A DNA stretch of 35,918 nucleotides from Synechococcus sp. (GTDB lineage: Bacteria; Cyanobacteriota; Cyanobacteriia; Thermostichales; PCC-7336), in the NCBI GenBank assembly GCA_051439425.1, contig JBFRWD010000162.1:1-35918 (forward strand), written 5' to 3'. The translations under genes and the position numbers were made by a program. The notes under the pieces were generated by a model. That model did not search any database and was not told where the DNA came from. It was given only the letters and a program-made list of their open reading frames with translations. Of the stretch, positions 18,730-26,907 are shown piece by piece; positions within the stretch are counted from its first letter, which is position 1; each line of letters starts with the position of its first letter.

Positions 18730-19260
18730 TTAAAGGCGATCGTCGCGCGCGCAATACCGACAGACGTAACTGCGCTCCAGTTCGGCAGGAGGTGTGGGCC
18801 GATAACAACGCGGGCATGGATGCATGTTTTCGCTGGCTTGCACCTGCTTCATACGCAATGCCCATCGCTCGAAGGCTTCTCGTGGTGTTTCCGCTCTAGG
18901 GATAGACGGCTGCTGTGGATTTAGTCCCTGGCGTTTGGGGCGATCGCTTTGGTCTTGCAAGGCTTTCCATTGGTGCCAGGTGCCGGGGCGAAATTTGAGG
19001 CCGGAAATCTTGCGATCGAGGTGAGGATTGATTTTTTTGATAATCAGGCTGCGCTGAAAGGCCAGATTCTGCGCCCATGTGGGCGAAGATGTCGCAACGG
19101 TGAGGATGTCATTGTGCAAGCGTGTGGGTTTTGAGTTTGCTGCAACCACATCTCCCACGACCTCCTTCCACACTCGTTGAATCGCTTCGAGTTGTCGATA
19201 GTCTTTCCAGGAGGGCTGCGATTTCACAGCCTGCATTAAGTCATTTATGGAATGGAGCAC
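18730..19260 (-). CDS. DUF721 / DciA-family protein with C-terminal Zn knuckle
   Basis: W.EVVG..VA.NS.P..L....L.VATSSPTWAQNL.FQR, plus CPRC...ELER...CRYC. Confidence 0.88.
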   Translation of the reverse strand: MLHSINDLMQAVKSQPSWKDYRQLEAIQRVWKEVVGDVVAANSKPTRLHNDILTVATSSPTWAQNLAFQRSLIIKKINPHLDRKISGLKFRPGTWHQWKALQDQSDRPKRQGLNPQQPSIPRAETPREAFERWALRMKQVQASENMHPCPRCYRPTPPAELERSYVCRYCARDDRL

Positions 19261-19481
19261 GTATTGCTGTCACTGACCTTGACCGAGTTTCTCCAGGATA
19301 CCGAATGATTTTTGGAATGCGCTTACATCTCGCCTCGTAAGATCTGTAGCAAGCTTTGCGAGCTTCTACTGAATGGCGTGAGTTAGCAAAACTACTGCCA
19401 CGGATTGGTACGCAGCGTTTAAGTGTCAATTGTATGCGGCAGTGCATATCGGCAGTGAGAGTCGTGCTACTCTTTCGAGTG

Positions 19482-19639
19482 TTTAGGTGTCTGGATCGTC
19501 ATGCATGTATTGTTTTAGGCTGCATGCGATGACTCTAACGGGTTGCGCTCAGCCGGCCTGTGGGCCATCTCAAAACGGCCATCTTGCCAAGCAAGCTAAG
19601 ACCAGACGCCGCGAATCCCTCAGTTTTTGGATACCTAAA
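19482..19639 (+). promoter_or_regulatory. Structured rbp 5'UTR sequestering the translation initiation region
   Basis: TTTAGGTGTCTGGA(19482-95) pairs with TTTGGATACCTAAA(19626-39); inner hairpin 19498-19533; extended -10 TGcTACTCT at 19465-19473. Confidence 0.65.
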
Positions 19640-19640
19640 G

Positions 19641-19886
19641 ATGACTATTTATGTTGGCAATTTGTCGTTTCGGGCAACTGAAGCCGATGTATCTGACGTA
19701 TTTGCCGAATACGGCACTGTCAAACAAGTGAAACTGCCCACCGATCGCGAAACGGGCCGAGTGCGCGGGTTTGCCTTTGTAGAAATGTCGTCCGATGAGG
19801 AAGAAAGTAAGGCGATTGAAGAACTCGATGGTGCTGAATGGCTGGGCCGTGAAATGCGTGTCAATAAAGCGAGACCTCGCACCTAA
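19641..19886 (+). CDS. rbp: RRM RNA-binding protein (Rbp family, no Gly-rich tail)
   Basis: MTIYVGNLSF (RNP2), RGFAFVEM (RNP1), LDGAEWLGR.MRVNKA; 81 aa from ATG 19641. Confidence 0.95.
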   Translation: MTIYVGNLSFRATEADVSDVFAEYGTVKQVKLPTDRETGRVRGFAFVEMSSDEEESKAIEELDGAEWLGREMRVNKARPRT

Positions 19887-19904
19887 CCGATTGTCGGACT
19901 GACG

Positions 19905-19933
19905 GTACTAGCAATGTTACTTCTTGCTAGTAT
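19905..19933 (+). terminator. Hairpin after rbp
   Basis: GTACTAGCAA / TTGCTAGTAT inverted repeat. Confidence 0.55.
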
Positions 19934-20009
19934 TCGTTCACACTTGGTCTGTTGCCACTGGCCCGCGCATGTCACAGTAGCTGTGGTAAGTCGCTGAAAG
20001 GTCTAGATA

Positions 20010-20357
20010 GTGGGAAATACGCCGCAGAAGCAGCAACCTCAATCTTCCCCAGCCGCAAATCCCGAAGACTACACCAACGGGATGCGAATTGCTGGAGGAA
20101 TGATTTGGGGAACGGTGCTGTCGTTAACTGTGGGGTCAGGGATGGTGCTGCTGCCCCAAGTGCCGCGCCCTTGGTTATGGGGGGTGCCGGTGCTATGGGT
20201 GAGTCTATCTGCTTTGGGGATCTGGCTGCAGTGGTCTGTGGCTCGTGGGAAATGTCCCAAATGCGGTCACGAACAGTCAGTAACTCGGCTGGGTAAGCGC
20301 TGTCCGCAATGTCGTACGTTCTTGCAGGCGAGCAATCGTAAGATTGTGCGTATCTAG
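20010..20357 (+). CDS. Small membrane protein with a C-terminal Zn ribbon
   Basis: Two hydrophobic segments followed by CPKC-x12-CPQC. Confidence 0.7.
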   Translation: MGNTPQKQQPQSSPAANPEDYTNGMRIAGGMIWGTVLSLTVGSGMVLLPQVPRPWLWGVPVLWVSLSALGIWLQWSVARGKCPKCGHEQSVTRLGKRCPQCRTFLQASNRKIVRI

Positions 20358-20375
20358 CTAGGAACAATCCACGCA

Positions 20376-21389
20376 CTACAGCTGAAAGACGGTCAGTAAT
20401 GCAGCGTGGTCGGAATCTGGAAACTTGAGATTCTGGCGATCCGGATTGGCTGAGTCATGCAGATCTTGATTGAAGATTTGGCAGGAAGACAGTTGTTGAT
20501 ACAGCGATCGCGATGCCAGCAGATGATCGATTGTTGCCCGTCGACCTGCGTAGAGGTGGGTGAATCGCCGCTCGTCAGCCACCAATTGCTCGCACGCGGC
20601 TAGCTCCTGACTGACCAGTTGTGGATTTCGCACCCGAGAAAACCGTCCCATGATGGTTCGCACCGGCAGCTCGTTAATTTCGGCATTGAAGTCCCCGCAG
20701 ACAACAATTGCAGCCTTGCTGTCCCGCTCGAAGATGCGATCGACGACCATACGGATCTCCAATGCTTGACCCGCACGCTTGAGATCCGACAACAACTCGC
20801 TTTCTGCCCTGCCGGCTAAACTTCGCCACATTCCGTCTTCCGATCGCTGCCCTTCAATGTCACTCGGCAGTGGCGATTTGAGATGCACGTTAATCACGTG
20901 CAGCGACGACCGGTTCGGCAGTTCTAGCTCTACATGTAAACAGGGTCGATGCCACGCAATTTCTTCGGTTTTCCTAGTCGCTGAGGTTCTGGGTAGGGCC
21001 GTGTTTTGCCGAAACGGCATCTGCACTAGATCATTGTAGTACTGCTGCGCCTGCTTAACGGGAAATCGACTCAGGGTGACGACATTGCGATAGTCCAGAG
21101 CCTGTTCGGGGCCACCCTCGGGATCGTGAGTGCCGATCGCCTGATAACTCCTATATTGTGTATCCTCCAGCAATTCCTTCAGTGCCAGAAACCGACGGTG
21201 GCCACAAGATTCCTCCACCTGGCCGTGAATTTCCTGCAGGCAAAGCACGTCAGCATTGAGCTGGGTTAACTGCGATCGCAATGTTGGTATGCGCTGAGAT
21301 AAAGGAGGATTGGTGGAGTCGGCCTCAAATTCTAGATTTTCAACATTGAACGTTGCAACTCTCAGCTCCACCGTTGCCTCTCCCGTCAC
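20376..21389 (-). CDS. Endonuclease/exonuclease/phosphatase (EEP) family protein
   Basis: ATFNVENL, ADVLCLQEI, HLKS, CGDFN, IDHLL, SDHA motifs; AGGAGAGG RBS. Confidence 0.93.
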   Translation of the reverse strand: MTGEATVELRVATFNVENLEFEADSTNPPLSQRIPTLRSQLTQLNADVLCLQEIHGQVEESCGHRRFLALKELLEDTQYRSYQAIGTHDPEGGPEQALDYRNVVTLSRFPVKQAQQYYNDLVQMPFRQNTALPRTSATRKTEEIAWHRPCLHVELELPNRSSLHVINVHLKSPLPSDIEGQRSEDGMWRSLAGRAESELLSDLKRAGQALEIRMVVDRIFERDSKAAIVVCGDFNAEINELPVRTIMGRFSRVRNPQLVSQELAACEQLVADERRFTHLYAGRRATIDHLLASRSLYQQLSSCQIFNQDLHDSANPDRQNLKFPDSDHAALLTVFQL

Positions 21390-21866
21390 GCAACTTTGCC
21401 TCTCCTTAGAGTAGGCCGATAGACATTAAACATTTTGAGAAGGAGCTGGCCGGAGGGTCGTTGGCGCAATGCTATGACCGTCTCCTGCCGTTCAGTGTAG
21501 ATCGCAGGAAGAAATGGGTCGGGAGCCCCCAGTTTTTTTCTTTTGAGCTGCAGGACACCGTATGTCATTCTTGTTTGAACTCTAACCCGTAGCAGCTGCA
21601 CGGCCCAACGAGCCAGTGCGCATCCAGTGCTAGGGGGAATGACAGTATCCCCACCCCTTTAGAGCTTCGTTCGTTGCGGTCGCTCACTCCTCTTGCGGCT
21701 ATCTAGAACTATTGTCGCCAGTTGGCAGGATGCGAGTGGAAAGAATGCGGTGCTCAAATGCTAACCATGTCCCAAGCAGTCTTGGCCGCTGCGATCGCAT
21801 GGTTTACCAGATCCACCGAGCGAGAGCTTGTGCAAACTACCGATTGCCACAAGGAATCTCTATCCT

Positions 21867-21910
21867 AAGAATAGATCTAAGTCTATTCTTGTACGACAAC
21901 AAATAGATCT
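21867..21910. promoter_or_regulatory. LysR (NdhR/CmpR-type) operator ATAG-N8-CTAT
   Basis: AAGAATAGA-TCTAAG-TCTATTCTT perfect 9-bp inverted repeat (21867-21890); AATAGATCT repeated 32 bp downstream. Confidence 0.65.
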
Positions 21911-22035
21911 CTTGCGCATGTTCTCAAAATCAAGTCATAGTTAGTGTCAGATGCAACCTTAGACAAACCCGATCGCCCTCTAAAATCGGTGCATTCTTCC
22001 CCCTTTTTTCCCTATTGCTAGCGAGGTACCTGCCC

Positions 22036-24234
22036 GTGGTCGCGACATCAACTTCAACTCCCGCGTTCTGCGAGGGCATTCAGTACTTTGCCGAATCCGT
22101 CTCCGGTTTCGATACCTACGGCCAAACGCCAGCGATTGCTGAGGGGGCTAAAGCGGTTACCGATCCCGGCAATCCGACAGCAGCCTATCAAAGCATGTTG
22201 ATGTCCGATGCGTTGCGGTATCTCATCCTGCAGATGACCGCAAGTAAGGCGTCCGGCCACCCCGGTGGATTTGCTAGCCAAGCGGAAGTCTATGCTGCGC
22301 TGGTGATGCAGGGATATAAGAATATCGTGACGGAGGTGGGGCATCACGCTCCCGGTTTCTACGCGGCCATGTTTATCGATCGCTCGCTAGAAACCATGGG
22401 GATTGCGACCGTTCAAGAGTTACGCGATCGCTTCCGGGAAAAGCACGGCTTGTTGGGCCACCTGTCAGGCTATATTCCTGGTATCCTGGCCCCCGCCGGC
22501 CCCCTCGGCCAAGGTCAACACTTTGCAATGGCTGCAGCGCTGCTCAACCGAGATACTCTCTATCCATGCACTATTGGTGACGGCGGGTTAGGAGAGCCCT
22601 ACGTCATGAGCGCGATCTCCCACTTCCACACCGCATTCCCAGACGTGACCAACTTCCTGCCCGTCTTGGTTTGGAATGGTTACAGCCAAGAGCACCACAG
22701 CATGGTGTCCACCCAGTCTAATGACGCCATGTTGAACTACTGGTACGGCAATGGTGTGGATGAAGTCGTGTTGATCGATGCCAAAGACTACGACGATCGC
22801 GACCAAGCCGGGGCTTTTGTTGACAGCACGGCGTTTAGCTTCGAGCAGCGCTTGGCCTTCAATCAAGCTGTCATGCAAGCCGTCGAGCAGGCAGCCGCTT
22901 CAGCGATGGGTGGTAAGCTAACCGTCTTGATTATCAAGCAACTGAAAGGGGCAGGGGTTCACGCTCGTGGTTCAAAATCCCATAACCTCTACGGATTCCA
23001 CACGTTAGATAACGAGGATATTGTCAGCGCCCTCAGAGACCTATCCTTAACCCCCGCTGCTTGGGACTTGGTTCGCACCAATGCCGTTCGAGCGGCTGGC
23101 GGTCCTGCTGCTACAGTGGCCACCACCGAATCTGTTCGTGCTCTACCCAAGCTTGGCGCTTTGCCCCTATCCGAGATTGCGATCGGGGAGTCTGCGGTTG
23201 CGACAACATCCATGGGGCAATTGGTCGCTGCTGTCGGTCAAGCTGACCCTGCCTTTCTGGTCACCAATGCGGATGGAAATGCTGCTTCCGGCATTGGCAA
23301 CATCAACAAAGCGCTAAAGATTATCCACCCCACCTCTGATAGCCTGTACGACCAAGGTCCGCAGGGGCAAGTGTACGAGCCTTTGAGTGAAGATGCCTGC
23401 GCGGGCATGGCGGCGGCCCTCTGTTTAATGGGGGGGCGCAGTCTCTGGTGCTCTTACGAATCTTTTGCGATCAACGGTCTCCCCATCTGGCAAACCGTGA
23501 CTCAAGCGATGGCAGAATTGCGTCGCCCAACCCCCTCTACCATTACCCTGTTCACGGCAGGTGCCCTAGAGCAGGGGCGCAATGGCTGGACGCACCAGCG
23601 TCCGGAGGTCGAAAACTACTTTGCCGGCATGATGCGCAACGGCAACATTTTCCCCCTCTTTCCTCTCGATTCCAACAGTATCCAAGTGTCGTACGACTGG
23701 GCGTTGACCACCCAGAATAAAGGGGTTGTCATCACTGCAAGTAAGTCTCCATTGCCTATACGTACTACTTTCGAGCAATCTCGTAAGGGATTGGAAACCG
23801 GCGGAATTGTCTTGCACGAATCTACCGGTTCTAAAACCATCGTGCTGGCTGTTATTGGAGATATGACCCTGATCCCTGCGTTTGCAGCGGCAGAAATTTT
23901 GGAGGCACAAGGTTATGGAGTGCGAATTGTCTCTGTCATCAGCCCTCGCCGCCTCTATCGGCCTACCGACGTCGCCTGGGATACCTGTTCGCAGCCTGAT
24001 GGTGGCTTTGTTGACGACGCAACCTTTGCGGCAATGTTTGATGGCGATGCTCTGATTGGAATTACCGGTGGAGCCAGTGGAATGCTGGAGCCGATTATGC
24101 TGCGCAGTTCTTGCAAGCGGGACACGTTTGCCTGGAAGCGTGGCGAGACGACTGCCTCGCCAGCAATGCTGATGGAATTTAACGGTTTGGAAGCCAAGGC
24201 GATCGCCGCTCGGGCCAGCCAATTACTAGCCTAG
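22036..24234 (+). CDS. Phosphoketolase / transketolase-like TPP enzyme (cyanobacterial Sll0529-like)
   Basis: SKASGHPGG, GPLGQG, TPP motif GDGGLGE...WNG, LSEDAC, SYESF, NGWTHQRP; GTG 22036 with GAGG RBS. Confidence 0.88.
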   Translation: MVATSTSTPAFCEGIQYFAESVSGFDTYGQTPAIAEGAKAVTDPGNPTAAYQSMLMSDALRYLILQMTASKASGHPGGFASQAEVYAALVMQGYKNIVTEVGHHAPGFYAAMFIDRSLETMGIATVQELRDRFREKHGLLGHLSGYIPGILAPAGPLGQGQHFAMAAALLNRDTLYPCTIGDGGLGEPYVMSAISHFHTAFPDVTNFLPVLVWNGYSQEHHSMVSTQSNDAMLNYWYGNGVDEVVLIDAKDYDDRDQAGAFVDSTAFSFEQRLAFNQAVMQAVEQAAASAMGGKLTVLIIKQLKGAGVHARGSKSHNLYGFHTLDNEDIVSALRDLSLTPAAWDLVRTNAVRAAGGPAATVATTESVRALPKLGALPLSEIAIGESAVATTSMGQLVAAVGQADPAFLVTNADGNAASGIGNINKALKIIHPTSDSLYDQGPQGQVYEPLSEDACAGMAAALCLMGGRSLWCSYESFAINGLPIWQTVTQAMAELRRPTPSTITLFTAGALEQGRNGWTHQRPEVENYFAGMMRNGNIFPLFPLDSNSIQVSYDWALTTQNKGVVITASKSPLPIRTTFEQSRKGLETGGIVLHESTGSKTIVLAVIGDMTLIPAFAAAEILEAQGYGVRIVSVISPRRLYRPTDVAWDTCSQPDGGFVDDATFAAMFDGDALIGITGGASGMLEPIMLRSSCKRDTFAWKRGETTASPAMLMEFNGLEAKAIAARASQLLA

Positions 24235-24394
24235 TCCTCGTGCCGCTTGCTCTTGTCTCCCCAGTCACCCAGGCTCAAGAGTCGTGGGGGCTGGGGGTCG
24301 TGTGCAATGGGTGAGCGGAACGATAGAGTTCGAGTCCTCCTACAACCAGGAGCTCGGTATCGTTGCGCTCTATTCGCAGTGAGGGGACGCATAA

Positions 24395-26551
24395 CTAAGC
24401 GATACCGAATCCGACTGCTGTTTTCGATAGGTCGCGACTGAACTCACTGGCAGAGCGGGGTTTCGAGAAGAAGTATCCTTGCATCAAATTACATCCCAGT
24501 TCTTGCAAGTGTTCGTATTGTTGGAGCGTTTCTACTCCTTCGGCGATCGCATCAATATTCATCGCTTGCGCCAGTTTCAGCACCACTTCAACAATCTGAG
24601 AGTTGATCGGGTCTGTCAGAAGTTTAGATACAAAACTCTTATCGATTTTCAACGCATCGATGGGAAGGTTCTGGAGATAACTCAAGGAAGAGTAGCCTGT
24701 TCCAAAATCATCGATATAAATCTTGATTCCAGCATTCCTGAGTTGTTGAAGCTTACCGGATGCCATTTCGCGATCTTTTAGAAAAAGATTTTCGGTGATT
24801 TCTAGGCGGATTTTGGATGTATCGATCTGATATTTGTCGAAGATGTCCAGAATCTTGCTGTCAAAGGATGGCTGTGCAATATATTTAGGGCTTATATTTA
24901 CGTTGATATAAAATGAATCATCTACCAATCCTGCTTCAGTCCACTCTTTGATTTGTAAACATGACTGTTGAAGAACGAAGTCTGAAATCGGAACAATTAA
25001 TCCAGCGTCTTCCGCTACATCAATAAACCGTCCTGGTCCGCGGATACCATCCTGAGGAGAATTCCAACGCACTAAAGCTTCGCATCCAATAAAACTCCTG
25101 CATCCACAGGCGTAAATAGGCTGATAGTGCAGTACAAATTCCTTATTCAAAAGAGCGTGACGCAGCTCTGTTTCTAATTTCATGCGAGTGGAGATTTTCG
25201 CATGCATGTTGCTATCAAAGATTGCATATTGCAGTTCAGGCTTAGCTTTAGCCTCATACATAGCAATATCAGCGTCTCTCAGAATACTGTCGGCATCGCC
25301 ATATTGCCCTTGGCAAAAAACCACACCAATACTAGTTGACGTGAAGATTTCATGTCCATCCACTTGAATTGGCTTCGCAATGGATTCTGAAATCCGATCG
25401 ACAACATACAAGAGTTCTTCGATATGATTGGTATCCTTTAAAAGGACGATAAATTCATCGCCGCCGAGCCGAAAGACAGTATCTGACAGGCGAATGGCAA
25501 GTTGTATCCGCTGTGCCACGATGACTAGCAGACGATCTCCAACATTATGGCCTAAACTATCATTGATTTGTTTGAATCTATCTAAATCTAGAAACAGTAA
25601 CCCAAACTTGTTTGTTTGATGGGAATTCCTGCTGGATAGAAGCTTCTCTAAAATATGATTGAGGTTTTTACGATTGGGTAGACCCGTGAGTTCGTCATGA
25701 AATACAGCTTTGAGAAGCTGTGAATTCACTTTTTTAATTTTATCAATGTCTGTTATCGAACCTGCCATTCGATAAGCACTTTTCTGCTTGTTGCGAATAG
25801 CCATCCCGCGACATAAAACCCAGCGATACTCGCGATCAGAACATAAGATCCTATGCTCGTTTTCAAGAAAAGGCGTTTGTCCGTTCAGATGTAGAACAAT
25901 TTGCTGCTTGAGGCGATCGATGTCGTCGTGATGGACGCGATCGAACCATTCGTCGAGCACGCTAGCAATATGATTCTCCTCATACCCCAAAATGCTTTTC
26001 CAGCGGGGAGAGTAGTAAATCTCGTTGGAAATTAAACTCCAATCCCAGATACCGTCGTTGGTTCCCCTCAGGACTAGTTCGTAGCGTTCCTGAGTTTCAT
26101 TCAGCTCTTTGGCGATGGTCTCGAAGGATGACTGGGTCGGTGTGAGGGTTTTCCGATACTGCTCGACAATATCTAGAGACGTTGTCTCATTTGCCCGACT
26201 CTGCTCGGGAGCGACTTCTGTGTAAACAGCTGAGGAGTTAGGGCCAAACTTAATTGCATCGCCAGATTGCAGAATGCAGGCTTTTATCTTGCTACCGTTT
26301 ACCTCGACGCCATTTCGGCTAGCTGATGCGCCCGCCACGCCATCCTCAATCCGGTAGACAAATCCAGACGCAGAATCGGCATCCTCGACTAAAGAGAGAG
26401 TGGCATGATGTTTTGAAACAAATTTGTCTGTCAGTCGAATTGAATTGTCAAACTTTCTTCCAATGGAATAAGTGGTATCACGCAGAAGATACGTTCTGCT
26501 GATGCCACCATCAACCACAGTCAATTTAGAGAATGAGCCCGGTTGTCTCAT
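24395..26551 (-). CDS. FHA-PAS-GGDEF-EAL diguanylate cyclase/phosphodiesterase
   Basis: FHA (IGR..N, VSKHHA, SRNG), PAS (DGIWDW..YSPRW), GGDEF with RLSD I-site, EALVRW, DDFGTGYSSL. Confidence 0.96.
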   Translation of the reverse strand: MRQPGSFSKLTVVDGGISRTYLLRDTTYSIGRKFDNSIRLTDKFVSKHHATLSLVEDADSASGFVYRIEDGVAGASASRNGVEVNGSKIKACILQSGDAIKFGPNSSAVYTEVAPEQSRANETTSLDIVEQYRKTLTPTQSSFETIAKELNETQERYELVLRGTNDGIWDWSLISNEIYYSPRWKSILGYEENHIASVLDEWFDRVHHDDIDRLKQQIVLHLNGQTPFLENEHRILCSDREYRWVLCRGMAIRNKQKSAYRMAGSITDIDKIKKVNSQLLKAVFHDELTGLPNRKNLNHILEKLLSSRNSHQTNKFGLLFLDLDRFKQINDSLGHNVGDRLLVIVAQRIQLAIRLSDTVFRLGGDEFIVLLKDTNHIEELLYVVDRISESIAKPIQVDGHEIFTSTSIGVVFCQGQYGDADSILRDADIAMYEAKAKPELQYAIFDSNMHAKISTRMKLETELRHALLNKEFVLHYQPIYACGCRSFIGCEALVRWNSPQDGIRGPGRFIDVAEDAGLIVPISDFVLQQSCLQIKEWTEAGLVDDSFYINVNISPKYIAQPSFDSKILDIFDKYQIDTSKIRLEITENLFLKDREMASGKLQQLRNAGIKIYIDDFGTGYSSLSYLQNLPIDALKIDKSFVSKLLTDPINSQIVEVVLKLAQAMNIDAIAEGVETLQQYEHLQELGCNLMQGYFFSKPRSASEFSRDLSKTAVGFGIA

Positions 26552-26907
26552 CTACCACTTTCCCTGGCAAGATAGTGCCTGGCAATGCCGCTCTCGCTCG
26601 ATCGCGTCAACAATTGCTTGGTGTGCCGCCACTCGTAAACAAATATTTAATATTGTACCCTGCGGCATTCTCGTTGTATACAAAAAATACAATCTATTTT
26701 GAATAGTTCTTGAAGGTTGCGCTTGCTTAAGATTTTTTGGCCTGCGTTACTCTTCGAAACAGTCTAATTTTGAATCTATGGATTCTGAAGGATTTAAGGG
26801 AATAAAGTCATAAAGACATAGGTATTTTTAGCTTTCAGATGGTGTCATTTAAAGATAGGAAAATTTGATTTTAGCTTGGTAATATATCAATCTGGTTTTC
26901 CATTTGT

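Noticed and set aside
21386..21601. 71-aa ORF whose stop overlaps the EEP start
   Set aside because: No recognisable motif or clear RBS; the region looks more like a structured leader or promoter.
23566..24222. 218-aa antisense ORF in the phosphoketolase
   Set aside because: Shadow of the real plus-strand gene.
24324..24348. GTTCGAGTCC...ACCA resembling a tRNA 3' end or att site
   Set aside because: The T-stem does not pair (TAGAG vs CCTCC), CCA is out of register, there is no cloverleaf and no integrase is present.
26674..26692. TTGTAT-N7-ATACAA as an NtcA site upstream of the GGDEF-EAL gene
   Set aside because: Spacing is GTA-N9-TAC rather than N8; may be another operator or chance in AT-rich DNA.
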